Below are positions 45,208 through 55,281 of a stretch of 64,000 bases of DNA, in pieces. Where the stretch lies: NCBI GenBank assembly GCA_965216875.1, contig OZ244207.1, positions 8,160,001-8,224,000 of the forward strand, written 5' to 3'. This DNA is from Rubripirellula sp. (GTDB taxonomy: Bacteria > Planctomycetota > Planctomycetia > Pirellulales > Pirellulaceae). The notes below the pieces were generated by a model. That model had not been told where the DNA came from, searched no databases, and saw only the letters and a program-made list of their open reading frames with translations. Position numbers and translations under genes: made by a program. Every line of letters begins with the position of its first letter. Within the stretch, counting starts at the first letter, position 1.

Positions 45208-48200
45208 ATGACTAGTCGATCACCCAACAATTGGGTCGCGCCTGGACTTGCTCTGTTGCTCGCGCTGCTCGCGGTGACAACGTTCTTCACGACGGTTGTG
45301 TTCGAGGGGGTTACCGGCGCCGTCGGCGCTCTTCACGGTTGGCTCGCGGTTGCCACAGCCATCGTTGCAATCGTCAGCCTGGTCTATTCGCTAGCCAAAC
45401 GCCATGAGATGAGCGGGGACCCGGCAAACGAAGACAAGCTTCGCGAAAAGATTGCTGCTCTCGAAGAAGCCAACCGTGCTTTGGTGGGAGACCGCTACCT
45501 ACTTAACACGCTCGTCGAAAACGTTCCGGACGCTGTCTTTTTCAAGGACTTGCAAGGGCGGTTTGTTCGGGTCAACCGCGCGATGGCCAAAGATGCGGGC
45601 ATCGACGATCCTGATGAGTTCATTGGCAAAACGGATGTCGAAATTTGGTCGGGTGATTTACCCGCTGAGGCGGGTGAGGACGAGCGTCGGATCATCGAAA
45701 CGGGCGTTCCGATCCTCAACAAAGAGGAGCAGCCGATCGCGCGGGGCGGGGCACCACGTTGGGTACTTGTCACGAAAATGCCGCTGCGCGACGAATCGGG
45801 AAAGATCGTCGGTACGTTTGGTGTGGCTCGCGAAATCACCAAACAGAAACTAGCTGAACACAAGCTTCGTGACAGCGAAACTCGTTTTCGCTTGCTGGTC
45901 GAACATTCGCCTGACGCAATCGTGATGCTTGACATTGACGAGGGAGTGTTTGCCGACGCCAACGCGCAGGCCGAAGCTCTCTTCAAGATGTCTCGAGACG
46001 AAATCACGAGGTGCCACCCGGTCGACTTGAGTCCGCCGATGCAACCCGATGGTCGCCCTTCGGTTGAGATGGCAGAGGAAATGATCACGAGCGCACTGGC
46101 CGGTCAGCGGATGGTCTTTGATTGGGTCCACCGTGATGCGGACGGACGTGATATTCCATGCGAAGTGCGTTTGGTGCCCTTGCCCGGCGGCAAGCGAAAA
46201 CTGCTTCAGGCGAGCATTGCAGATATCACGAAACGCAAGCAAGCAGAAAAAGATCTCACCGATGCGCGCGACGCTGCGCAAGAAGCCAATCGCGAACTCC
46301 GCCGCGCTCGCGATGCTGCGGAAGATGCGAACCGTGCCAAGAATGATTTCCTGGCAAACATGAGCCACGAGATCCGTACTCCGATGAACGCCGTCATCGG
46401 AATGACCGAACTGGTTTTGGACGGGCAATTGGAACCGACCCAGCGCGACTATCTCAACACCGTCGCCGAGTCGGCTGAATCGCTGATGTCCGTCATCAAC
46501 CAGGTGCTCGATTTTGCAAAAATCGAGGCGGGCAAACTCGATCTCGAGCCGGTCGACTTCGACCTTCGCGACGAAATCGGCAAGACGCTCAAGTCCCTTG
46601 GGTTGCGGGCGCAGGCGAACGAAACAGAACTGGTATGGCGCGTTGATCCGAAGGTGCCGCATTGGCTTCACGGCGATTCGGCGCGGCTGCGTCAAATGTT
46701 GGTCAACCTGGTTGGCAACGCGATCAAGTTCACCGAGGAAGGCGAAGTCTTTGTCGACGTCACGTGTGATGACCAAGCCAGCGACAAGGTGACGCTGCGA
46801 ATCACGGTACGGGACACAGGTATCGGGATTCCGCAGGAGAAAATCGACTCGATCTTTTCGGCCTTTGAGCAGGTCGATACATCCACGACGCGCGCCTACG
46901 GAGGCACTGGACTCGGGCTCGCGATCACCGCCAGGATTGCCGGTGCGATGGACGGCAATGTTTGGGTTGAGAGTACGCTCGGCGAAGGAAGCGACTTCTA
47001 CTTGAAACTTCAGCTTCCAATCTCCGAGCGCGAAGACGATCTTGCGAAGTCGGAATTGGAAACCTTGCGAGCACTCGTTGTCTGTGATCGCAAACGCAAC
47101 CGCATGATCCTTGGTGAACTGTTGGAGTCGCGAGGAATTGAATTTGATGCGGCGAACTCGATCGATGCTGCGCTGGCAAAAGTGAGTGAACTTGGCAGTA
47201 CGCGTACCGTCGTTGTTGCTGACTTGCACGATGGATTCGAATTGGCTGAACAATTGCGACGCGATCCCGCGGCGCCTCGAGTCCCGATCGTGTTGCTGAC
47301 CACCGCGGTGCAGATCAACGACGTGCGCCGTTGTCACGAACTTGATATTGATACACAGTTGATGAAGCCAGCTCGGCACCGGGAAATCATCAATGCGATT
47401 GTACGAGCCTCAGGCATCTCGCTGAGTGATACGGCTCGCCATGACGAAGATGGCCAGCGACTTGAACGCAAGTTGCGGGTGTTACTTGCCGAAGACGGCA
47501 AGACGAATCAAATGATGGCGACCGGCATGCTCGGTAAATGGGGACACAATGTCGACATCGTCGAAAATGGCTTGGACGCCGTAAGGCATTGGCAGGACCA
47601 TCACTACGATGTGATTTTGATGGACATTCAGATGCCGTTGCTTGATGGGCTTGATGCGACGCGGCGGATCCGACAGATGGAATCAGGCTCGCGAATCCCG
47701 ATCATTGCGTTGACCGCACATGCAATGAAGGGGGACCGCCAACGCTGCCTCGACGCGGGAATGGATGACTATGTGTCGAAGCCGGTTCGCCAAGCGGATC
47801 TCCAAGAGGCGTTGTACCGCGTGCTCACTGAGCCCGCTGATGAATCATCCGAGCAGGAAGACGCTGCGAGTGATCCCGGTCTGCCTGAAAATCTCTCGCC
47901 AGTGATCGATTGGCAGCTGGGAGTAAGCAATCTCGGAGGAGACGCTGATTTTCACCGCAAGTTGCTTGAGTCGGCCATTGTCGAGGTCAAAGAGCTTTAT
48001 CCCAAGTTAGTCGCCGCACTCGAGAGCCGTGTCCGCGAGGAGTCGCAACGCCTGGCCCACACGATCAAAGGTGCTGCTCGCGCGGTGTCGGCAGTGCAGA
48101 CGACGGAAGCGGCCTTCGAGATCGAAAAAGCCGCGGGCGAAGGGGACTTCGAACTTGCTGAAAGCCGGCTGCCTGCCCTGGCCGATTCGATCGAAGCGTT

Positions 48201-48231
48201 CGACCGCGAACTTCTCGCCCGATCGCATTGA
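45208..48231 (+). CDS. Hybrid sensor histidine kinase (2 TM, PAS-PAS, HisKA, HATPase, REC-REC, Hpt)
   Basis: FLANMSHEIRTPMN, NLVGNAIKFT, DTGIGI, GGTGLGL, ILMDIQMP...DG and AHTIKG motifs. Confidence 0.95.
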   Translation: MTSRSPNNWVAPGLALLLALLAVTTFFTTVVFEGVTGAVGALHGWLAVATAIVAIVSLVYSLAKRHEMSGDPANEDKLREKIAALEEANRALVGDRYLLNTLVENVPDAVFFKDLQGRFVRVNRAMAKDAGIDDPDEFIGKTDVEIWSGDLPAEAGEDERRIIETGVPILNKEEQPIARGGAPRWVLVTKMPLRDESGKIVGTFGVAREITKQKLAEHKLRDSETRFRLLVEHSPDAIVMLDIDEGVFADANAQAEALFKMSRDEITRCHPVDLSPPMQPDGRPSVEMAEEMITSALAGQRMVFDWVHRDADGRDIPCEVRLVPLPGGKRKLLQASIADITKRKQAEKDLTDARDAAQEANRELRRARDAAEDANRAKNDFLANMSHEIRTPMNAVIGMTELVLDGQLEPTQRDYLNTVAESAESLMSVINQVLDFAKIEAGKLDLEPVDFDLRDEIGKTLKSLGLRAQANETELVWRVDPKVPHWLHGDSARLRQMLVNLVGNAIKFTEEGEVFVDVTCDDQASDKVTLRITVRDTGIGIPQEKIDSIFSAFEQVDTSTTRAYGGTGLGLAITARIAGAMDGNVWVESTLGEGSDFYLKLQLPISEREDDLAKSELETLRALVVCDRKRNRMILGELLESRGIEFDAANSIDAALAKVSELGSTRTVVVADLHDGFELAEQLRRDPAAPRVPIVLLTTAVQINDVRRCHELDIDTQLMKPARHREIINAIVRASGISLSDTARHDEDGQRLERKLRVLLAEDGKTNQMMATGMLGKWGHNVDIVENGLDAVRHWQDHHYDVILMDIQMPLLDGLDATRRIRQMESGSRIPIIALTAHAMKGDRQRCLDAGMDDYVSKPVRQADLQEALYRVLTEPADESSEQEDAASDPGLPENLSPVIDWQLGVSNLGGDADFHRKLLESAIVEVKELYPKLVAALESRVREESQRLAHTIKGAARAVSAVQTTEAAFEIEKAAGEGDFELAESRLPALADSIEAFDRELLARSH

Positions 48232-48254
48232 TCGGTGTGTGGTTTGTTTGCCGA

Positions 48255-48450
48255 GTGTTTGTAGTACCGAGCTTTAGCCGGAATCTTTCGTGTCTGCCGT
48301 CTCGTGGCGGGACGATCTAGCAGGGCGGCCCTCTGTGCCGGATCAGCGTCGCTGTCGCTCCTTGATCCGGCCTACGTGTTTGTAGTACCGAGCTTTAGCC
48401 GGAATCTTCTTGCCGGATCAGCGTCGCTGTCGCTCCTTGATCCGGCCTAC
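48255..48450. repeat. Composite REP cluster between convergent genes
   Basis: GTAGTACCGAGCTTTAGCCGGAATCTT at 48261 and 48382, alternating with two identical 40-nt copies of TGCCGGATCAGCGTCGCTGTCGCTCCTTGATCCGGCCTAC at 48336 and 48411. Confidence 0.9.
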
Positions 48451-48454
48451 CGAG

Positions 48455-51400
48455 CTACTCTGGCAGGTTGTTGCCAAACGCCGAGCGGAATGCTGCGAAG
48501 TCGAACAGGTTCACTGTGCCATTTCCGTCGCTGTCGAGTGCGGGCAGGAATTCAGCGTTTCCGGTCGAGCGATTGAAGGTCGAACGGAACGCGGCAAAGT
48601 CAAACAGGTTGACCGCCCGGTCGCCGGTTTCATCTCCGTAGAGTCGGAAGAAGTCGTCGTTGTTCGGCTGACCACTTGCTGTTTGACCAAAGACATAGTC
48701 GGCTGCCATGGTTGCGCCGCCTGAGCTCGCGACGACTTGCGCGGCCGCGACATCCAAACGGTAATCACCATCGGCGAGTGAGTTGGCCAATAGCCCCGGT
48801 CCCGGTCGATCGACAACCGAAGTTCCCGAGCTGAACGTCAACTCGACGCTGGTTTTGCCGTCTGCATTGACCGGGATGCCGACAACGACCGAGGTGACGA
48901 CTTCCGCGGTGTCGTTGTTGGTCAACGTAAAGGCATTTGCCAATCCGGCGTGCTCGACTTCTTCGCTAAACGTGACGAGCACCGAAGTGATCTGAGAGCG
49001 TGTGGCCGAGCCATCGTTGATCTGGACCGATTCGACGGTCGGTCCTGCCACGACAGGTTGTCCTTGCAGCCGAATGTTGTCCCATCCGGCGAAGTCGCTG
49101 CCGCCATTTTGAATTCCGTCAAGCACAAGACGAACGCCAATGTCCGTGTCGGGAATCGCAGCCGTTACCGTTGTCCAGGCATCGGTGTTCTTGTTGAGGA
49201 TCACGTTGTCGTGTCCAGCAAGCGCCGAGAAGTTCACACCGTCGGAGCTTGTCAAAACGGTGTAGCGGAGTTCGTCGGATGTATCGAAGCCATCTGTGAA
49301 GTAATCAAATTTCAATTCGACGTCGTTGAAGGCGGACACATCACCGTCGGCGAAAGTAAGCGTGTGGTCAAACGCGCCTCCACCATTGGGGTTATCCAAG
49401 TCCTGCATCCCCCAGAAGTTGGCTCCTTCCGAAGGCAAGGTCAGTGTGCCGCCAAGTGTGTCTTTCACCGCCCAAACGTCACCGCCTACCTCGTAGGACG
49501 CGGGGTCTGCAGTAAAGGCCCAGGTGTCGCTTGGAGCACTCTCGAAGGATTGGAACAGAATCTGTGTCGCTGGAGCACCATCGTTGTCTTCGACAAACAC
49601 CACGACGTCAGGAGCCGTAAGGCCTTGGAAGTTGACGTCGGTCGATGCAACCGTGAATGAGATCAGCGACTGAAGCGTCCCATCTTCGACCGCATCGTCA
49701 TTTGCAAGGACGGTTACGGTTTGAGCGGTGTTGGCCGTGGCTGGTGTGAAGGTCAGATCGATGGCGACACCAGCACCGGAGCCAAGGTCGATTTCAGTGT
49801 TATTGGGTGTGAGCGTGACGGTCACATCTTGACCGGGCGATCCGATCAGTTGGACGTCGATCGTGTCACCCGCGCCGCCTTCGACGACGCGCGTGTCGGC
49901 GCCGGTTTCGGTGACGAGCAATTCGGCTGCAGCTGCAACGGGGTTTTCCGACCCAATGTGGTCGAGAGCCGCGCCGCCCAAGCTTTGCGGAACGGTTTGT
50001 CCAAGCAACAGCGAGAAGTTGGGAGCAACACCTTCGATTCCGCCCGCTCCCCAATCAGCAGCCGTCGATCCGGTGGAATTCCCAAGCCGTCCGACCCAAT
50101 TGGCTGCGTTGACACCCGTGTCAACAATCACCGCTCCTGCGGGCGAAAGGATCGTTTGGTTGGTCGTGTCCTCTGCAAAGACGATGTTGCTGTAAGCATA
50201 TTCCGTTGCGTCGTCATCATCCAAGACGCTGACGGAGTCCAAGATCGTCCAGCCGTCAAACACGGTTCCGTCGGGCACGCCATTGTCGTCGCTGTCGATG
50301 TCATCATCGTTCGACGGCGCGACGCCGGTCTGCACTAAGAAGAAGGTCGCACTGGTGTTTTCTTGGTCGCCATCACCCGCGTTAACTTCCGATGCTGCTG
50401 GGTCGATGGCGAACGTGTTGGCGACGTTGGTCAGAACAAGGAACCCGTTTGAACCGAACGTCATGCCGGAGAGGTCGATGAACTCATTCACGTCACCAGG
50501 GGCAGTTGAATCGCCTTCGATGTTCACGAAGTAAGTCCCTGCTGCAACGACTGCGTTGGCAGGTCCACGAAGTTCGATGTATTCGTTTGGCTGGTCGATG
50601 CCCGGGGGATTGAAGAGCACTTCGTTGATAAACAATGGCTGCGCGGTGACGTCGTTGTCGGCGATCGAAACCGTTGCCGCAGGCACAGTGAGGGCGTTGT
50701 AGGACGCGTCCGTGCTTGATGTGGTGAAGTTGATCAGGCCAGTGTGTGGTCCTTCCGAATCCATGTCATCGACGGCCGTGACAGTGACAGTCTGAAGGAC
50801 ATTCCATGGCGTTGCCCCACCACTTGGCGTGAACGTAAGCGTTGGTTGGTCAACGGTCGTTTGCCCATCACTGATCGTCAACGTGACCGTGACGTCGCTG
50901 GTTGGTTCGGTCGTTAGCGAAACCTGGAACGTCGCTGTCGCTCCACCCTCTTCGGTGGCCAGCGTGCCTGTTGGAAGCGTGATGGTCACGCCAGGATCGA
51001 GGACGCCGGGATTCGCTGCGCCGATGTGATTGAGCAGTTGCCCTTCTTTGGTGGCAGGTGTGGTCGCACCCACCGCAAGGGAGAAATTGGGAGCGGTACC
51101 AGCGATCTCGGCACCCACCCAATCGCCTTGAGTCATGCCAATCGAGGTCGCGTTTCGAGCGACGTAGCCGAGCGGCGGAGTTACCGAATCGAAATAGTCG
51201 AAAACGATACTGGAATAAACCAGGTCGCTACCGTCGGTGTCTCGTACCGCGACGCTATCGAGTAGCGTCCAACTTGTCGCGAGAGCGCCGTCTGCAGTGC
51301 CATCGTTGTTCGCGTCAATGTCGTCGTTGATGTCGGGTGCGGTGTCGGAGTGGACCAGCAAAAAAGTATTGGTCGCATTCTCGATTTGGTTGGCTGCAAC

Positions 51401-53578
51401 ATCAGAGGTAAAGAAAGGCAATCCGCCAAAGTCGCCAGTCGAACTTGTGATGACGTTGGCGTCCGTATCAAAGGTGTAGCTATTACCGTCTTGGGCAAAG
51501 ACCAGATAGCCGTTGCTGCCGAAGGATAAGCCAGACAAATCAAAGATATTTGAGATCTTTCCGGGACCAAATCCACTAGAGAGATCACCCTCGATGTTAA
51601 GCAAGTAAGTTCCAGGGGCGATCACACTGCTGGCGTCCCCGCGAAGTTCAACATATTCACTCGGCGTGTCGGTGCCGGCGGTGTCAAACAGGATTTCGTT
51701 GATCAAGACCAGGGATGAAAAAACGAAATCGGTCCCCGGTGTCGCACCGCCAACGTTCCACGTCGCTGAGAGGTTTTCGGAGGTCTCGTCCGATCCGCCG
51801 ACGCCATTGCCACCCGTGGTGGTCTGAGCGCCCTCGGTGAAATCGATGCGCTGGTAGGAGGATCCACCGTCATGGGTGACGGCTGAAATGATCTCTTGGC
51901 TTGCGATCGGAGTGTCAGCGGCGTAGGCGGTCGTCGCCGAGTCAGCGTCGGGGCCATCGATGGCAACACCGGTTTTATCGACCGCTTCATTTGTGTCGCC
52001 CCAGAGTGCGTAGTCGACATCGGTCACGGTGTCTGCGATGCCGTTCCAGTGGTAGAGCGCGACCATCTCGCCGCCGTTGCTTAAGCCGCCTTGGTTGTTG
52101 ATTGAGCCAGGCAACGCTTCACGCATGACGGATTCAGAGCCATTGATGCCGTCGTCAAACAACTCGTAGGTCGGCGAGACGCTGTAGATCGTTTCAAACG
52201 CGTCCGAGCCCCCTAGCGCAATCGTTTGGTATTGGCCCGGCGCGATCGACGCTCCGATGGGGAACCGTGCATGGAAGTCACCAGCGAGACCGCCGCCTGC
52301 ATTCGATCCTGTAACGATGTGCTGATAGAACGTGCTCGAGGAGGCAAACGTTGCATCTGTGATGTAGTAGTCATCGAGGCTGATCGAGCTCGATCCAGGG
52401 TTGTAGATTTCGATGAACTCACCATCGCCCGGCGTGACGGCGATTTCGGTGAGCAGCAGTTTTTCAGGTGTGCTGACCGACGCAAGGATTTCCGCAGAGA
52501 GATCAAACGTGTAAGGGTTTTCGTTGGCGTCGTCGTTGGCGATTGAAATGGTTGCCGTCTGCAATCCGGCAGTGGTTGGGTCAACGGTAACACCGAACGT
52601 GGTGAACGTTGATGGGCTTATCGAATTACCGAAAGGCTGCGCTGTGATCGAAAAGTCGCTTGATCCGCTAATCGTGACAATTGGAGTGCCTGTCAGATTA
52701 AGCAGGTTGACGCCGTTGTTTTCAATCTCGAAGGTGAACGACTTGTTTGCGTCGCCGGCGAGGAACGTTCCAAAGTTCGTCCCGTCAGCAAGGCTGGGCG
52801 TGGTGTCGCCAGAAAGGATGTCGACACTGTTGCCGGTGATGTTGATCTCGGGGCCCGTTGGTGTGCCCGCGGTAAAGGCCGTTGCATTGAACGGCAAGAC
52901 GGCTTCCCCGTCCGTTGCCTCTGTTGTCCAGTTGGCCAGCGTTGCGATCTCGGCGAGGTAGTCCGCAAACGCCGCTGCACTACCACGCGAACCAGAGTAT
53001 TGACCGCCGTCATCGTTCGCGCCGTTGGTGATCGTGATCGCAGTTGAACCTGCGACAAGCCCGGATCCGGTCAAGTCGCCAAGGTTTCCAACTTCGTTCT
53101 CGAGTGCGTGAAGGAATGTTAGCGATGAACCGGTGTCTTGGTAGGCGATCAAACCATCGCCGCCAGCTGCAAGGTTCATGCTTCCGGATACCGAACTGAG
53201 CGATCCAGAACTTGCCGTTCGCGCAGAGGTGGATGTGTCGGTGAAGACAACAACGGTCCCCGCGGCAATCAATCCGGCACCGCTATCCCATTCGATGATC
53301 CCTTCGCTGTCGACCAGCCCACCGGCGCCATCGAGTTCGGTGTCGGTGAATCGAATCTGTTGGTCGACAATATCGGTCAACGCAACGATGGCAAAGTCAT
53401 CGCCGCCGTCAACGTTGTAGCCGATGAACGCGATGTCGCCCGTGGCCAAGTCGGTCGCAAGCAATCGGCGGCGCTCAAGCACTTCGACTTGGTGGCGTCG
53501 CCGAAGGCGGGCGGTGTTGTGTCGGCGGCGGGGGGAAACGGACTTCAAGACAGACCGTCGGATTCGATCCAAACGCAT
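48455..53578 (-). CDS. Large Planctomycete surface protein (~1,707 aa): lamin-tail-like (LTD) domains, choice-of-anchor D/Ig-like domains, C-terminal dockerin-like duplicated Ca-binding motif
   Basis: Arg-rich leader plus EVLERRRLLA. Three (L/I)(T/N)E...E(F/Y)(I/V)E modules; PEINITGN...TFEIEN...TATISIANDDANENPYTF; GDETGDRAVNLFDFAAFR / DSDGNGTVNLFDFAAFR. Start set at ATG 53578. Confidence 0.88.
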   Translation of the reverse strand: MRLDRIRRSVLKSVSPRRRHNTARLRRRHQVEVLERRRLLATDLATGDIAFIGYNVDGGDDFAIVALTDIVDQQIRFTDTELDGAGGLVDSEGIIEWDSGAGLIAAGTVVVFTDTSTSARTASSGSLSSVSGSMNLAAGGDGLIAYQDTGSSLTFLHALENEVGNLGDLTGSGLVAGSTAITITNGANDDGGQYSGSRGSAAAFADYLAEIATLANWTTEATDGEAVLPFNATAFTAGTPTGPEINITGNSVDILSGDTTPSLADGTNFGTFLAGDANKSFTFEIENNGVNLLNLTGTPIVTISGSSDFSITAQPFGNSISPSTFTTFGVTVDPTTAGLQTATISIANDDANENPYTFDLSAEILASVSTPEKLLLTEIAVTPGDGEFIEIYNPGSSSISLDDYYITDATFASSSTFYQHIVTGSNAGGGLAGDFHARFPIGASIAPGQYQTIALGGSDAFETIYSVSPTYELFDDGINGSESVMREALPGSINNQGGLSNGGEMVALYHWNGIADTVTDVDYALWGDTNEAVDKTGVAIDGPDADSATTAYAADTPIASQEIISAVTHDGGSSYQRIDFTEGAQTTTGGNGVGGSDETSENLSATWNVGGATPGTDFVFSSLVLINEILFDTAGTDTPSEYVELRGDASSVIAPGTYLLNIEGDLSSGFGPGKISNIFDLSGLSFGSNGYLVFAQDGNSYTFDTDANVITSSTGDFGGLPFFTSDVAANQIENATNTFLLVHSDTAPDINDDIDANNDGTADGALATSWTLLDSVAVRDTDGSDLVYSSIVFDYFDSVTPPLGYVARNATSIGMTQGDWVGAEIAGTAPNFSLAVGATTPATKEGQLLNHIGAANPGVLDPGVTITLPTGTLATEEGGATATFQVSLTTEPTSDVTVTLTISDGQTTVDQPTLTFTPSGGATPWNVLQTVTVTAVDDMDSEGPHTGLINFTTSSTDASYNALTVPAATVSIADNDVTAQPLFINEVLFNPPGIDQPNEYIELRGPANAVVAAGTYFVNIEGDSTAPGDVNEFIDLSGMTFGSNGFLVLTNVANTFAIDPAASEVNAGDGDQENTSATFFLVQTGVAPSNDDDIDSDDNGVPDGTVFDGWTILDSVSVLDDDDATEYAYSNIVFAEDTTNQTILSPAGAVIVDTGVNAANWVGRLGNSTGSTAADWGAGGIEGVAPNFSLLLGQTVPQSLGGAALDHIGSENPVAAAAELLVTETGADTRVVEGGAGDTIDVQLIGSPGQDVTVTLTPNNTEIDLGSGAGVAIDLTFTPATANTAQTVTVLANDDAVEDGTLQSLISFTVASTDVNFQGLTAPDVVVFVEDNDGAPATQILFQSFESAPSDTWAFTADPASYEVGGDVWAVKDTLGGTLTLPSEGANFWGMQDLDNPNGGGAFDHTLTFADGDVSAFNDVELKFDYFTDGFDTSDELRYTVLTSSDGVNFSALAGHDNVILNKNTDAWTTVTAAIPDTDIGVRLVLDGIQNGGSDFAGWDNIRLQGQPVVAGPTVESVQINDGSATRSQITSVLVTFSEEVEHAGLANAFTLTNNDTAEVVTSVVVGIPVNADGKTSVELTFSSGTSVVDRPGPGLLANSLADGDYRLDVAAAQVVASSGGATMAADYVFGQTASGQPNNDDFFRLYGDETGDRAVNLFDFAAFRSTFNRSTGNAEFLPALDSDGNGTVNLFDFAAFRSAFGNNLPE

Positions 53579-53799
53579 GCGAAATCTTTCCGAAAACTCG
53601 TGGTGAAAAACATGTGCCGGTAGCGCCCCAGGGTCCAGACGTTTTAACCATAGAAGCTGGGCGGCCAATCGTAAATCATGCGGTTAACACAATCTTCAAC
53701 GCAACCGGTGACGCGTTCACTTACGGACGCTTCCTGTGTGATCCGATCGACCTCGGTTGGGCGTGCGACAGTTCGACACGGTGGTCGCCTGTAGTGGTG

Positions 53800-55224
53800 T
53801 CAATCTCGCTCGAATTGCCAGCCGATGGGCAAGTCATCGACCATCGCCTCCAAGCTGGCATGACAATGATCCAACGAGTCGCCGATTGCAAGGAATTGTC
53901 CCTTTTGAACCAGGTCCCCCGCACCAAAATTGAAATTCAGTGGCAGGACACCTGAGGTGACCCCCGATCGATACAGGTGTGACGCCTGATTCATTTTGCC
54001 GATCAGTGCTTTTCCAGAGATCGGATCGTGTATCCGAATGTTTCGAAGGAGCCAAGCTCCGGATGGGTGAAAGTGGTTGGCAAGAATGGATGGATAAGTT
54101 GCGCCAGTCACTCGCGCGTTGATTTCGCAGACATAGACTTCGACGCGGTTATCATCCTTTTGCACGACCAAGAAATCGGTGCTCGCAGTTCCCCGATAGC
54201 CAACCGAATGGAGCCAACGACCCGCTTGGCTTGCTTGGCACAATAGTTCGTCGCGCACACTCGGCATCGAGTCCAAGTAACGCGGCGGTGATTCGTTGCC
54301 TTCGTGAATGCTCTGGCTGGAAAGGATTTGTTCGGTAAGATCGAACAGGTAGACCGACGATTCGTCGAGGAACATCTGAACGCTTGGGCTCAAGATGTTC
54401 GTGATGTTTTGGATTCCAGGCTCAAGCCAGCCTTGAACCATTGCGGCACCTTCATAGAAGTAGTGTTCGGGGATTTCAGGCAACGCGTTTTCGTCATCGA
54501 TGGAAGACAACTTCATGATGCCGATACCGGAAGCTCCAATTTGCGACTTGAGCACCGCCGATCGGTAACCTTTTCCAGACAGCTCCTTCACCGCCGTGGG
54601 GACGTCCTTTGCGGCATCGGCCATCACCGTTGTGAAATGAGGAAGGCCCGCTTCGCACAAGAATTGGTGTAGAAGGTATTTGTTGTTTCCGCGGTGGCTT
54701 CCCTCCGGCGTGGTGACGGTTTGCTTGCCCAAATGTTGAGCGATCTTGTGCAACGTTTCGTCCGTGACGTAACCGTCCATTCGCGACGGTGTGCAACCGG
54801 CGACCTGTCCCAGGAAGTGGTTGGCTTGGTCAGCGTCACCTGCGCTGGCCGCGCGACCAGCGTTGACGTAGTTGGCATGAGTCAGGATCTCGATTTCTGG
54901 AAGATCGAGACCGAGGTCGTTGGCAAAGTACTCGCAGAGCGTCTCGTCTGGGCGGCGCTCAAGAATCAACAGGTTGTTTCCACCCCGAAACAGAATGTTG
55001 AGAATGGGAATGAGCCGCCCACCGTAGGAATCGATTTCGCCGACTTGCTTGGAAAGGCAATCGGTTTCATTTTCGTTTCCGAAGAAAAGGGCGAGCAGGT
55101 TGGCGACAAAGGCCACACTGTCATCCCAGAACGGCGGCAGCTCGCCGTCACAAATCCGTACGTCAATCTCACTGGGCATTGGTCGCGTCGTTGACTGCGT
55201 CGCAGGCACCAAGCGGGACATCAT
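53800..55224 (-). CDS. ATP-grasp fold ligase with pre-ATP-grasp region (substrate unknown)
   Basis: NNKYLLH, VLKSQIGASGIG, SPSVQ, EQIL...HEGN, GYRGTASTDF and EINARVTG motifs. Confidence 0.72.
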   Translation of the reverse strand: MMSRLVPATQSTTRPMPSEIDVRICDGELPPFWDDSVAFVANLLALFFGNENETDCLSKQVGEIDSYGGRLIPILNILFRGGNNLLILERRPDETLCEYFANDLGLDLPEIEILTHANYVNAGRAASAGDADQANHFLGQVAGCTPSRMDGYVTDETLHKIAQHLGKQTVTTPEGSHRGNNKYLLHQFLCEAGLPHFTTVMADAAKDVPTAVKELSGKGYRSAVLKSQIGASGIGIMKLSSIDDENALPEIPEHYFYEGAAMVQGWLEPGIQNITNILSPSVQMFLDESSVYLFDLTEQILSSQSIHEGNESPPRYLDSMPSVRDELLCQASQAGRWLHSVGYRGTASTDFLVVQKDDNRVEVYVCEINARVTGATYPSILANHFHPSGAWLLRNIRIHDPISGKALIGKMNQASHLYRSGVTSGVLPLNFNFGAGDLVQKGQFLAIGDSLDHCHASLEAMVDDLPIGWQFERD

Positions 55225-55281
55225 GATGCTTGGTTAGTGGACATAGTTTATCACAACGCCAACGGGGGTGATCGGCTGTAG

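Noticed and set aside
45850..47379. 509-aa minus-strand ORF
   Set aside because: Antisense shadow of the histidine kinase.
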